DNA of 64,000 nt from an uncultured bacterium. Lineage in GTDB: Bacteria; Acidobacteriota; HRBIN11; JAKEFK01. Position numbers and translations under genes: made by a program. The stretch's first letter is position 1, and each line of letters begins with the position of its first letter. Location: NCBI GenBank assembly GCA_963843285.1, contig CAWJJO010000005.1, positions 2,218 to 66,217 of the forward strand, given 5' to 3'. The notes under the pieces are model-generated. The model saw nothing but the letters and a program-made list of their open reading frames with translations. It was not told where the DNA came from and searched no databases. Positions 36,355 through 45,850 of the stretch are shown in pieces.

Positions 36355-37098
36355 TTACTGAATCTTGAATTCCACGGTCACGGTAAAATAGACCTTCACA
36401 GGTTTGCTGTTTACGAGCGCCGGACGATAGAGCCACTGCTTCACAGCCTTCACCGCCGCTTGTTCCAGCAACGGATGAGGCGAATGCAACACCCTCAGCT
36501 CTTCGACCGTGCCGGTCCGTGTAATCACGGCCTCCAGCACCACGATTCCTTGAATGCGTCCTCGAATTGCAATCGGTGGATACTCAGGCGTGATCTTCCG
36601 AATCAATACCGGCTGCGTTACCTCCGGTGTGATAATGATCGGTGGATCGGATTCACCGCCGCGAAGAAATCCAGTCCCGGCTCCAGTTGCGCCCGGATAG
36701 CCACCGGGAATTCCTTCCGGTCCTCCGCCGGGTTCGCCTTCTATGTTATTAACAGAGGCATTCGGATCAGGTTCCGCAGGCGCTTCAGGCGGTCCTGGAG
36801 TCAGATTCTCCGGAATTTCTTGCGGTTGCTCAAGCGGCGGTTTGGAGTTAGCGGACTTCGGCGGCTTGGGTGTGGCCTTTGGGATCGCACTACCGGCGCT
36901 CCCCTGTGGCAACTGAACGGGAATCCAGCGCGGGACTGCATTGGAGACCGGCGCCTGCACTGCTTCTACCGTCCAGTACGAGGTACCGATCAAAACACCG
37001 ATCACCAGAGCGTGCATCAATAGAGCGATTGGAAATGTGAACCACGTTTTTCCCCGTTTGCTGCGACCTCTCGATTCGATCAAAGTTTCATCCCACAT
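36355..37098 (-). CDS. TonB-family energy transducer
   Basis: N-terminal anchor WFTFPIALLMHALVIGVLIG, Pro-rich spacer, C-terminal TonB domain (YPPIAIRGRIQGIVVLEAVI...VKQWLYRPA). Start uncertain (ATG 37098 behind GGGAGGG; also 37110, 37122). Confidence 0.75.
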   Translation of the reverse strand: MWDETLIESRGRSKRGKTWFTFPIALLMHALVIGVLIGTSYWTVEAVQAPVSNAVPRWIPVQLPQGSAGSAIPKATPKPPKSANSKPPLEQPQEIPENLTPGPPEAPAEPDPNASVNNIEGEPGGGPEGIPGGYPGATGAGTGFLRGGESDPPIIITPEVTQPVLIRKITPEYPPIAIRGRIQGIVVLEAVITRTGTVEELRVLHSPHPLLEQAAVKAVKQWLYRPALVNSKPVKVYFTVTVEFKIQ

Positions 37099-37250
37099 AA
37101 ACCCTCCCATGTTCCTTGACATGTTGGACACATAACGATTTGGAAAGTTCCGGAGATGTCCCACGTGGTTCTTTACTTCTTTCCTTATGTTGATTTGATT
37201 CTTGATCCTTGATATTTGATTTTTCACATACTTGGGGTATAGTTCGGGCG

Positions 37251-37910
37251 ATGCCTCAGATCTTTCATCCGAGCACAAACACCATTTCCAAATTCAGTAT
37301 TTTTGGAGCGGTGTTTATTATTGCCGCGCTGACATGGGTTACAGCGGGAGTAAACCGTTCAGGATATGTGACGCAGGCAGGGATCGCACGGGAGCAACCG
37401 GTACAATTCAGTCACGCGCACCACGTCGCTGGAATCGGAATCGATTGCCGCTATTGCCACACATCAGTAGAAGAATCAAACTTTGCCGGCATCCCCCCCA
37501 CAAAAACATGCATGAACTGTCATTCGCAAATCTGGGCAAATAGCCCTTATCTCGAACCGGTTCGCTCCAGTTTCAAAACAAACCAATCTCTCGAATGGAC
37601 GCGGGTCAATGATCTACCTGACTTCGTGTACTTTAATCACAGCATTCATATCAATAAGGGAGTTGGATGCAACACCTGTCACGGTCCCGTGGACAAGATG
37701 CCTCTCATGAGACAGGAGAAATCTTTGCAAATGGAATGGTGTTTGGAATGTCATCGTCATCCGGAAAAATTTGTGAGGCCGAAAGAAGAAGTATTTAATG
37801 TGTCCTGGGAAGCGCCGGATAACCAGGAAACAATGGGACGGGAATTGGTAAAGAAGTACCACATTCTGGGCCCGCGGCGACTAACTGACTGTTCGACGTG
37901 TCATCGATGA
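37251..37910 (+). CDS. actA: Alternative complex III subunit ActA (pentaheme cytochrome c)
   Basis: Five CxxCH motifs (CRYCH, CMNCH, CNTCH, CLECH, CSTCH) and an N-terminal TM anchor. Confidence 0.85.
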   Translation: MPQIFHPSTNTISKFSIFGAVFIIAALTWVTAGVNRSGYVTQAGIAREQPVQFSHAHHVAGIGIDCRYCHTSVEESNFAGIPPTKTCMNCHSQIWANSPYLEPVRSSFKTNQSLEWTRVNDLPDFVYFNHSIHINKGVGCNTCHGPVDKMPLMRQEKSLQMEWCLECHRHPEKFVRPKEEVFNVSWEAPDNQETMGRELVKKYHILGPRRLTDCSTCHR

Positions 37911-40861
37911 GCGGAAACAGAAAGGATTTTGATTCGCTCCGCCAGGAATTGAGCGCAGGCTCAGGCCGTCAACACTGGCGAAGTCTGGAAGAACTTTCGA
38001 ATACGAAAGAGTTCCAGGAGTTGTTACATCGTGAATTTCCGGAAAATGCTTCCGAATGGTCGGATGATTTCAGCCGTCGCGGTTTTCTAAAATTGATGGG
38101 CGCTTCGCTGGCCCTGGCAGGTCTGAGCGCATGTACCCGGCAGCCGGTTGAGAAGATTCTGCCTTACGTCCGCCAGCCTGAGGAGATCATCCCGGGCAAA
38201 CCTCTCTTTTTTGCGACCGCGATGACCCTGGGTGGAAGCGCCACGGGTCTGCTGGTGGAAAGCCATATGGGACGCCCCACAAAGATTGAAGGCAATCCCG
38301 ATCATCCGGCGAGTCTTGGGGCTACCGATATCTTTGCGCAAGCATCCGTTCTCACACTGTACGATCCGGACCGTTCGCAAGCGATTACCAACCTTGGCAA
38401 CATCAGCTCCTGGAGCGCGTTTTACGATGTCCTGCGATTGCGGATGGATATCGAAAAACAGCGACCCAGTCCGGGGGCGGGTCTTCGAATTCTGACCGAA
38501 ACCGTGTGCTCACCTACTCTTGCGGATCAGATCACGAAGCTGGTCACAAAACTTCCTGGCGCCCGATGGCACCAGTATGAACCCGTCAGCCGGGACAACG
38601 CGCGGGAAGGCTCGCGGATGGCGTTTGGCGAATACGTGGAAACGCAATATCAGCTGGAAAATGCGGATGTGATCCTTTCCATCGACAGCGATTTTTTGAC
38701 CAGCGGTGCGGGGTCTGTCCGGTATATCCGTGAGTTCAGCGGAAGGCGCGTAGTTTCCGGCACGCACAAGATGAATCGACTCTATTGCATCGAATCGACT
38801 CCTTCGAATACAGGCGCAAGAGCCGATCATCGTCTAGCCCTCCGTCCTTCAGAAATTCCCGGATTTGTCCGCGATCTATGCGCGGAATTGGAGATTCCAG
38901 GATTCACATCGTCCAATGGCCCTCATCAGAAATGGATCTCCGCGCTTGCGAAAGATTTGAGGCAACATTCCGGCTCGGGAGCGGTTCTAGCTGGAGATCC
39001 ACAACCTGCGGAAGTACATGCGATGGCGCATTCGATCAATCAGGCGCTTGGCAATGCCGGAAAGACGATTCTGTACACGGATCCCGTGGAAGCGGCTCCC
39101 ATCAATCAGATCCAATCCCTGCGGGAACTGGTGAAAGATATGAACAGCGGGGTCGTTGAAACGCTGATCATGATCGGAGGAAACCCTGTCTTCAATTCAC
39201 CGGTAGATCTGAACTTTAAACAAGCCCTGTCAAAAGTTGCTCTGCGCATCCGGCTAGGTCTGTACGAAGATGAAACATCTTTTCTGTGCGATTGGCACAT
39301 TCCGGAAACGCACTATCTGGAATCCTGGAGTGATACGCGCGCGTTTGACGGAACTCAATCCATCGTCCAACCATTGATTGCCCCGCTTTACGGCGGAAAA
39401 TCATCCCATGAATTACTGGCGGCCATGGATGGACATCCGGAGCTGACATCGTACGAGATTGTGCAGGGCTACTGGAAGACGCAGGTTGTCGATGACTTTG
39501 ACCGCAGATGGCGCAAAGCGCTGCACGACGGCATGATTCAGGACACCGCCTATACTCCAAAAACGGTTGTTGCTAATACTGTAGCAGCATCCGGGAGCGA
39601 AGCCGCCACCAATGGATTGGAGATCGTGCTCCGTCCGGATCCTTGCATTTACGATGGCAGGTTCGCAAACAACGGCTGGCTGCAGGAATTGCCAAAGCCG
39701 ATGTCTAAGATCACCTGGGAAAACACAGTGATCCTGAGTCCGGACACGGCGCAAAAGCTCGGTCTGCAAAGTGAAGACGTTGTTGATCTGGAATTTTCGG
39801 GACGTAAGATCCGCGGTCCTGTCTGGAAGCAGCCGGGCCAGGCTGAAGACACTGTTACGGTCCACTTCGGGTATGGCCGTACGCGCGCGGGCCGCGTGGG
39901 CAGCGGGATCGGATTTGACGCGTACGCGATCCGATCCACGAACGCGTTGTGGTCCGGCAGCGGCGCATCCATAAAAAAGACCGGCGCGCGCTCAGCGATC
40001 GCCTGTACACAAGAACATCAGATGATGGAAGGACGCCATCTCGTGCGCAGCGGATCGTTGCGCGAATACGAAGAACATCCGGAATTTGTGAAAGAAATGG
40101 GAGAAACTCCGGAGAAAGATCTGACCCTCTATCCCGATCACAAATACACAGGCTACTCCTGGGGTATGGCGATCGATTTGAATGCATGCGTTGGATGCAA
40201 TGCGTGCGTGGTCGCCTGTCAATCTGAAAACAACATCCCGGTTGTGGGAAAGGAGCAGGTCATTCGGGGCCGCGAGATGCAGTGGATCCGGATCGATCGA
40301 TATTACGAGGGTCCCCTCGAAGATCCGAAGATGGTTCACCAGCCGGTTTTATGTATGCATTGTGAAAATGCGCCCTGCGAGGTTGTTTGTCCGGCAACCG
40401 CGACTGTCCACGATTCGGAAGGGTTAAACGTCATGGTATATAACCGGTGTGTTGGGACCCGTTACTGCTCCAACAACTGTCCGTACAAAGTGCGCCGGTT
40501 CAATTTCTTTCTCTATTCCGATTTCATCACTCCCGTTTCAAAAATGCAGAAGAACCCGGATGTCACCGTCCGGTCGCGCGGTGTCATGGAGAAGTGCACT
40601 TACTGCCTGCAGAGAATCAATGAAACGAAAATTGAAGTGGAGAAACAGGACCGGCAGGTGCGCGATGGTGAAATCCAAACTGCCTGCCAGCAAGTGTGCC
40701 CTGCTCAGGCGATCGTTTTCGGGAACATGAACGATCCCAACAGCCGGGTTTCCAAAATGAAGGCAGAACCTTTGAACTACGGATTACTGGAAGATCTGAA
40801 CACGCGGCCGCATACATCCTATCTGGCCCAGATCCGCAATCCGAATCCAGAGATCGAATAA
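37907..40861 (+). CDS. actB: Alternative complex III subunit ActB (molybdopterin-oxidoreductase-like plus Fe-S domain)
   Basis: Tat signal SRRGFLKLMGASLALAGL. MopB-like body. C-terminal ferredoxin-like clusters CVGCNACVVAC, CMHCENAPCEVVCP, CSNNCPYKVRRF. ATGA overlap with actA. Confidence 0.9.
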   Translation: MSGNRKDFDSLRQELSAGSGRQHWRSLEELSNTKEFQELLHREFPENASEWSDDFSRRGFLKLMGASLALAGLSACTRQPVEKILPYVRQPEEIIPGKPLFFATAMTLGGSATGLLVESHMGRPTKIEGNPDHPASLGATDIFAQASVLTLYDPDRSQAITNLGNISSWSAFYDVLRLRMDIEKQRPSPGAGLRILTETVCSPTLADQITKLVTKLPGARWHQYEPVSRDNAREGSRMAFGEYVETQYQLENADVILSIDSDFLTSGAGSVRYIREFSGRRVVSGTHKMNRLYCIESTPSNTGARADHRLALRPSEIPGFVRDLCAELEIPGFTSSNGPHQKWISALAKDLRQHSGSGAVLAGDPQPAEVHAMAHSINQALGNAGKTILYTDPVEAAPINQIQSLRELVKDMNSGVVETLIMIGGNPVFNSPVDLNFKQALSKVALRIRLGLYEDETSFLCDWHIPETHYLESWSDTRAFDGTQSIVQPLIAPLYGGKSSHELLAAMDGHPELTSYEIVQGYWKTQVVDDFDRRWRKALHDGMIQDTAYTPKTVVANTVAASGSEAATNGLEIVLRPDPCIYDGRFANNGWLQELPKPMSKITWENTVILSPDTAQKLGLQSEDVVDLEFSGRKIRGPVWKQPGQAEDTVTVHFGYGRTRAGRVGSGIGFDAYAIRSTNALWSGSGASIKKTGARSAIACTQEHQMMEGRHLVRSGSLREYEEHPEFVKEMGETPEKDLTLYPDHKYTGYSWGMAIDLNACVGCNACVVACQSENNIPVVGKEQVIRGREMQWIRIDRYYEGPLEDPKMVHQPVLCMHCENAPCEVVCPATATVHDSEGLNVMVYNRCVGTRYCSNNCPYKVRRFNFFLYSDFITPVSKMQKNPDVTVRSRGVMEKCTYCLQRINETKIEVEKQDRQVRDGEIQTACQQVCPAQAIVFGNMNDPNSRVSKMKAEPLNYGLLEDLNTRPHTSYLAQIRNPNPEIE

Positions 40862-42249
40862 TGAGCGAAGAAATTCTGTCCACCGCCGAACCGGAAAGTG
40901 TAAAACACCCGGTGATCGAACCGGGGCATACATTTGGATCGGTCACGGACAAGATCAGCTCGATTGTGCTTACGGGCAAGACGCCCCTTGGTTGGTTCGC
41001 AGGTTTTGGAATCGCGTTTTGCCTGTTGATGGGGCTCCTCTATACGATTGCATGCCTGCTGTTCATCGGAGTCGGGATCTGGGGAATCAATGTTCCGGTC
41101 GGCTGGGGATTCGACATCATCAATTTCGTGTGGTGGATCGGGATTGGACACGCGGGAACGCTGATCTCCGCAATCCTTCTGTTGTTGCGCCAATCGTGGC
41201 GGACTTCGATCAACCGGTTTGCGGAAGCGATGACGCTGTTTGCTGTTGCGTGCGCCGGATTATATCCGATCATGCACATGGGCCGCCCATGGCTTGCCTA
41301 CTGGCTGTTCCCGTATCCGAACACCATGGGAATCTGGCCGCAATTTCGAAGCCCGCTCGTCTGGGATGTTTTTGCCGTATCCACCTACGGAACAGTATCG
41401 CTATTATTCTGGTTTGTCGGTCTGATTCCCGATCTTGCAACACTTCGTGATCGCTCCCGCCATATTGTCTCTCAAAAAATCTACGGGATACTCGCCATGG
41501 GCTGGCGCGGTTCTGCGCAGCACTGGCATCGTTATGAGACCGCTTACAATCTACTGGCGGGCCTCTCTACGCCTCTGGTAATTTCCGTACACACGATCGT
41601 GAGTTTCGATTTTGCGGTTGGAGTTATTCCCGGATGGCATGCAACGATCTTTCCGCCATATTTCGTTGCAGGCGCGATCTATGCAGGTTTTGCAATGGTG
41701 CTAACGCTTGCAATTCCGATTCGCGCCATTTACGGCCTTGAAGGTTTCATCACGATGCGGCACTTGCAGAACATGGCCAAAGTGATGCTCGCCACGGGAT
41801 TGCTCGTAGCCTACGGGTACATGATGGAGACTTTTACCGCGTGGTACAGCGGAAACGCGTACGAGAAATATATGATCTGGAACCGCATGACCGGTCCATA
41901 TGCCAAAATGTACTGGGCTCTGATTTTTTGCAACGTCATTTGTCCCCAGCTTTTGTGGTCCTCACGGATCCGCAACCATATCCCTTCCCTGTTCACGATC
42001 TCGATCATCGTCAGCATCGGCATGTGGCTGGAACGTTTTATCATTATCGTTACGAGCCTTCATCGTGATTTCCTTCCCTCATCGTGGGGAATGTATCACG
42101 GGACAAAATTCGATTGGACGATGTTCCTCGGAACGATCGGGCTCTTCTTCACCTTGCTGTTCTTGTTTGTCCGCGTTCTGCCGATGATTTCGATTTTTGA
42201 AATGCGAACACTTTTGCCTGAAGCCGAAGTGCGGGAGGAAGAAGAATGA
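40861..42249 (+). CDS. actC: Alternative complex III subunit ActC (NrfD/PsrC-like quinol-interacting membrane subunit)
   Basis: 462-aa polytopic membrane protein. TAATG overlap with actB. The ORF-track start at 40696 lies inside actB. Confidence 0.85.
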   Translation: MSEEILSTAEPESVKHPVIEPGHTFGSVTDKISSIVLTGKTPLGWFAGFGIAFCLLMGLLYTIACLLFIGVGIWGINVPVGWGFDIINFVWWIGIGHAGTLISAILLLLRQSWRTSINRFAEAMTLFAVACAGLYPIMHMGRPWLAYWLFPYPNTMGIWPQFRSPLVWDVFAVSTYGTVSLLFWFVGLIPDLATLRDRSRHIVSQKIYGILAMGWRGSAQHWHRYETAYNLLAGLSTPLVISVHTIVSFDFAVGVIPGWHATIFPPYFVAGAIYAGFAMVLTLAIPIRAIYGLEGFITMRHLQNMAKVMLATGLLVAYGYMMETFTAWYSGNAYEKYMIWNRMTGPYAKMYWALIFCNVICPQLLWSSRIRNHIPSLFTISIIVSIGMWLERFIIIVTSLHRDFLPSSWGMYHGTKFDWTMFLGTIGLFFTLLFLFVRVLPMISIFEMRTLLPEAEVREEEE

Positions 42250-42782
42250 AACATCCTCCCATTTACGGGTTGATGGCGGAGTTTGAAAGTCCATCCGATT
42301 TGATGAATGCGGCGCGAAAAGCATATGAAGACGGGTATCGGAAAATGGATGCCTATTCGCCGTTTCCGATTGAAGAATTATCTGAAGCGGTTGGGTTTCA
42401 CCACACGAAGCTCCCGATGATTGTTTTGATCGGTGGAATCGTTGGATGTCTCGGGGGCTTCTTTCTGCAATACTGGGTTGCCGTCGTTGATTATCCGGTC
42501 AATATTGGGGGACGGCCCTTTTTCAGCTGGCCCTCTTTTATTCCGGTTACATTCGAATGCACCGTGTTATTTGCAGCTCTTTCCGCGGTGCTCGGAATGC
42601 TTGGATTGAACGGACTGCCTCAACCGTATCATCCCGTATTTAACGTGAAGCGGTTTGCTCTGGCGACACGCGACCGTTTTTTCCTTTGTATTGAATCGCG
42701 CGATCCGAAGTTTGAAATTGACGGAACACGCCGGTTCCTGGAAACGCTGACTCCACGGGAGGTTTCCGAAGTTGAACCGTAA
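42246..42782 (+). CDS. actD: Alternative complex III subunit ActD (DUF3341-like)
   Basis: MKHPPIYGLMAEFESPSDLMNAARKAYEDGYRKMDAYSPFPIEEL plus two TM helices. ATGA overlap with actC. Confidence 0.8.
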   Translation: MKHPPIYGLMAEFESPSDLMNAARKAYEDGYRKMDAYSPFPIEELSEAVGFHHTKLPMIVLIGGIVGCLGGFFLQYWVAVVDYPVNIGGRPFFSWPSFIPVTFECTVLFAALSAVLGMLGLNGLPQPYHPVFNVKRFALATRDRFFLCIESRDPKFEIDGTRRFLETLTPREVSEVEP

Positions 42783-42795
42783 AACATCAACGTGT

Positions 42796-42867
42796 GGAGA
42801 CTGCGGGCCTCCGCGCCCGCAACAAGTGATGAATCACGTTACGGCGGGCAGGGACGCCCGCCTCTCC
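42796..42867. repeat. GC-rich REP-like inverted repeat inside the ACIII operon
   Basis: GGAGACTGCGGGCCTCCGCGCCCGC ... GGCGGGCAGGGACGCCCGCCTCTCC. Same GCGGGC-N6-GCCCGC architecture as 12050-12122. Overlaps the probable 5' end of actE. Confidence 0.6.
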
Positions 42868-43437
42868 AAAATAGCAATCATGATGCTTTCCGTGCTGATT
42901 CTTTCCTCTTGCAGACAGGACATGCACGATCAGCCAAAGTATGAGCCACTGGAGCAGAGCCAGTTTTTTGAGGATCAGCGCTCGGCGCGTCCGCTGGTAG
43001 AGGGGACGGTCGCGCGCGGGCATCTGAATGATGATCCGGCGATGTATACCGGCAAAGTGAATGGGACGGCCGTAACGACACTTCCCGTTCCTGTTACCGC
43101 CGAATTAGTAGAACGGGGGCAGCAGCGATACAACATCTTCTGCGCGCCGTGTCATGATCAGCTGGGAACTGGTACGGGGATGGTAGTCCGGCGCGGATTC
43201 CGGCGTCCGCCTTCCTTTCACATAGATCGCCTCAGGGAATCGCCGCCAGGGTATTACTTCGACGTCATGACAAATGGATTTGGCGCAATGTCCAGCTATA
43301 CGGAACAGGTGCCGGTAAGAGACCGGTGGGCAATCGTTGCTTACATTCGAGCCTTGCAATTGAGCCAGCACGCGTCGTTACAGGATGTTCCGGAGAAAGA
43401 GCGAAAGGAGCTGGAAGCGCAAAAAGTGAAACAATAA
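42829..43437 (+). CDS. actE: Alternative complex III subunit ActE (monoheme cytochrome c lipoprotein)
   Basis: CAPCH heme motif. MNHVTAGRDARLSKIAIMMLSVLILSSC looks like a lipoprotein signal. Start uncertain (ATG 42829 preferred, ATG 42880 possible, TTG 42772 unlikely). Confidence 0.75.
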   Translation: MNHVTAGRDARLSKIAIMMLSVLILSSCRQDMHDQPKYEPLEQSQFFEDQRSARPLVEGTVARGHLNDDPAMYTGKVNGTAVTTLPVPVTAELVERGQQRYNIFCAPCHDQLGTGTGMVVRRGFRRPPSFHIDRLRESPPGYYFDVMTNGFGAMSSYTEQVPVRDRWAIVAYIRALQLSQHASLQDVPEKERKELEAQKVKQ

Positions 43438-44609
43438 TGGAAGATACAACTCGCCCGGTTCTGGACCGCTTGCAGCAGAGAGCGATGATCATCGGCGTGG
43501 CCGCCCTGGTGCTGTCAGCAATTGGCGCGTTCCTGAATCCGCCGCAATTCTTCCAGTCCTATCTGCTCGCGTATGCCTTCTGGATCGGGATCACAATGGG
43601 ATGCCTTGCCATTGCGCTTCTTCACCATCTGACCGGAGGCCGATGGGGCGCGGTCGTTCGCCGCATTCTGGAATCGGGAACCAAAATGCTTCCTCTCATG
43701 GCGATCCTGTTTCTTCCAATCGCTTTCGGGATGAGCCATCTCTATCACTGGACGGACATGAAGGCGGTGCAAGCCGATGAAATCCTGAAACAGAAAACAG
43801 CGTATCTGAATGTAAACTTCTTCCTGGTCCGTACCGTGATCTACTTTCTGATCTGGATTTTGATTGCCTATCTACTCAATAAGTGGTCGAAGCAGGAAGA
43901 TGAAAAGAATGACGCGGGTCTGCCAACCCGGTTTCAGTTGATTGGTGGTGTAGGTTTGCTGCTCTACGGACTCACAATGAGTTTTGCATCCGTGGACTGG
44001 ATGATGTCGCTGGAACCGCACTGGTTTTCCACGATTTACGGATTGCTCATCATAACCGGACAGGTGCTTGGCGCGATGGCATTTGTGATTGCAGTGGCGG
44101 CAATTCTGGTGAACTACAAGCCCCTGTCAGAAGTGATTGCGCCGCTCCAATTTCATGATCTTGGAAAATTGTTGCTCGCGTTTGTCATGGTCTGGGCGTA
44201 CCTGGCGTTCTCGCAGTTTCTGATTATCTGGTCCGGCAATCTTCCGGAAGAAATCCCCTGGTACATCCACCGGCTGCACAAGGGATGGCAAGGAATTGCG
44301 CTGGTCCTGCTCGTGTTCCATTTTGCCCTGCCATTCCTGATCCTGCTTTCCAAGAGTACGAAGAAAAATCCGCGAATCCTTCAGATGATTGCGTTGTGGA
44401 TTCTCTTCATGAGACTTGTGGATCTCTTCTGGCTGATTGCGCCGGAATTCCATCCGGGCGGTTTTGGAATCCACGTTCTTGATTTTCTGCTTCCGCTCGG
44501 ATTGGGCGGAATCTGGATGGCCTACTATTTCCGAAGGTTGAAAGATTTACCGCTCGTCCCTGTAAACGATCCGAATCTGAAAGAGGTATTAGAACATGTC
44601 AGAGCATGA
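43437..44609 (+). CDS. actF: Alternative complex III subunit ActF (second NrfD-like membrane subunit)
   Basis: 390-aa polytopic membrane protein. TAATG overlap with actE. Confidence 0.8.
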   Translation: MEDTTRPVLDRLQQRAMIIGVAALVLSAIGAFLNPPQFFQSYLLAYAFWIGITMGCLAIALLHHLTGGRWGAVVRRILESGTKMLPLMAILFLPIAFGMSHLYHWTDMKAVQADEILKQKTAYLNVNFFLVRTVIYFLIWILIAYLLNKWSKQEDEKNDAGLPTRFQLIGGVGLLLYGLTMSFASVDWMMSLEPHWFSTIYGLLIITGQVLGAMAFVIAVAAILVNYKPLSEVIAPLQFHDLGKLLLAFVMVWAYLAFSQFLIIWSGNLPEEIPWYIHRLHKGWQGIALVLLVFHFALPFLILLSKSTKKNPRILQMIALWILFMRLVDLFWLIAPEFHPGGFGIHVLDFLLPLGLGGIWMAYYFRRLKDLPLVPVNDPNLKEVLEHVRA

Positions 44610-44994
44610 AGCAAAACAGGGACGAAGCGATATAGATATCCGTTCCATTTTCAAATTCACGGTCGCTCTGATTGCAGTTGCGGTTCTTGTCCAGGTCCTG
44701 ATGTGGGCTATGTTCGGTCAATTGAATGAGAGTCAGGCAAGACTGGATCCACAACTTTCACCTCTTGCCCCAAAGGCACGCCAGCTGCCCGCGGAACCGC
44801 GTCTTCAAAGAACACCTGTAGCAGATCTTCAAGCGATCAGAAAAGTTGAACAGGATACGCTGACTAGCTATGGATGGGTGGATGAACAGAAAGGCGTTGT
44901 CCGTATTCCGATCGACGTCGCCATGAAACTCGTGGTAGAAGGAAAAGAGGGAACCACTAAGACACAAAGTCACGAAGGGGAAGGGACAAAATGA
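44596..44994 (+). CDS. Small single-TM protein in the ACIII cluster (ActG position, name not verified)
   Basis: IRSIFKFTVALIAVAVLVQVLMWAMF anchor. Overlaps actF by 14 nt and the next gene by ATGA. The C-terminal residues are encoded by a hairpin arm. Confidence 0.55.
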   Translation: MSEHEAKQGRSDIDIRSIFKFTVALIAVAVLVQVLMWAMFGQLNESQARLDPQLSPLAPKARQLPAEPRLQRTPVADLQAIRKVEQDTLTSYGWVDEQKGVVRIPIDVAMKLVVEGKEGTTKTQSHEGEGTK

Positions 44995-45038
44995 AACTTT
45001 CTTTATTCGTTCTTTGTGCCTTCGTGTCTTTGTGCTTC
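44952..45038. repeat. Hairpin, CACAAAG/CACGAAG-unit family, spanning a gene junction
   Basis: aaccactaagacacaaagtcacgaagg pairs imperfectly with cgttctttgtgccttcgtgtctttgtgcttc. The loop contains the Sco start codon. Confidence 0.6.
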
Positions 45039-45806
45039 ATCCTTTCCTCTCAGGCGCAAAGCACACTGCCGCCTATGTTGCAGGGCGTCGGACTCAATCA
45101 GAACTTGAACGCGCAATTACCGCTGGACGTGGAACTGAAAGATGAGACAGGACGTTCGGTTCACTTGCAAGATTACTTCGGAAAAAAGCCAGTAATTTTT
45201 ACGCTCGTGTATTACCAGTGTCCGATGTTGTGCACCTATGTTCTGAACGGACTCGTGAGCAGCATGCGAGTGCTGTCCTTTAATGCGGGCAAGGAGTTTG
45301 AGATCGTGACTGTCAGTTTTGACTCGCGCGAGACTCCTTCCCTTGCCGCGGCAAAAAAACTTCAGTATTTGAAGGAGTATACGCGTCCGGGAGCAGCGGA
45401 CGGATGGCACTTTCTGACCGCAGATCAGCAAACCATCTACCGCCTGACAACGGCAGTCGGCTTTCAATACAATTACGATCCAAAACAGAATCAATTTGCT
45501 CATGCAAGCGGAATCATGGTTGTTACACCGCAAGGAAGATTGGCCCGTTATTTTTATGGAGTGGAATATCCGCCCCGTGACTTGCGACTCGCGCTGGTGG
45601 AGGCATCCGAGAATAAGATTGGATCCCTGGCAGACCAGGTTCTGTTGTTCTGTTTTCATTACGATCCGACAACCGGGAAATATGGCGCGTACGCCCTCAA
45701 CCTGGTTCGTCTTGGCGGCGCCATCACCGTGCTCTGCCTGGGATTATTTATTCTAAGGTCGAGATCAAAGGAGAAGGAATTAACCACAAAGACACCAAGA
45801 CACTAA
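44991..45806 (+). CDS. SCO1/SenC copper chaperone for cytochrome oxidase assembly
   Basis: CxxxC as YYQCPMLCTY, downstream His (FAHASGIMVV), thioredoxin-like size, N-terminal signal/anchor. Confidence 0.8.
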   Translation: MKLSLFVLCAFVSLCFILSSQAQSTLPPMLQGVGLNQNLNAQLPLDVELKDETGRSVHLQDYFGKKPVIFTLVYYQCPMLCTYVLNGLVSSMRVLSFNAGKEFEIVTVSFDSRETPSLAAAKKLQYLKEYTRPGAADGWHFLTADQQTIYRLTTAVGFQYNYDPKQNQFAHASGIMVVTPQGRLARYFYGVEYPPRDLRLALVEASENKIGSLADQVLLFCFHYDPTTGKYGAYALNLVRLGGAITVLCLGLFILRSRSKEKELTTKTPRH

Positions 45807-45840
45807 TCATTTGCGTTCGTGCCTTTGTGTCTTTTTGGTT
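45782..45840. repeat. Hairpin, CACAAAG-unit family, between Sco and oxidase subunit II
   Basis: aaccacaaagacaccaagacac pairs with gttcgtgcctttgtgtctttttggtt. The left arm supplies the last codons and the stop of the Sco gene. Confidence 0.6.
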
Positions 45841-45850
45841 TATCTGAATT

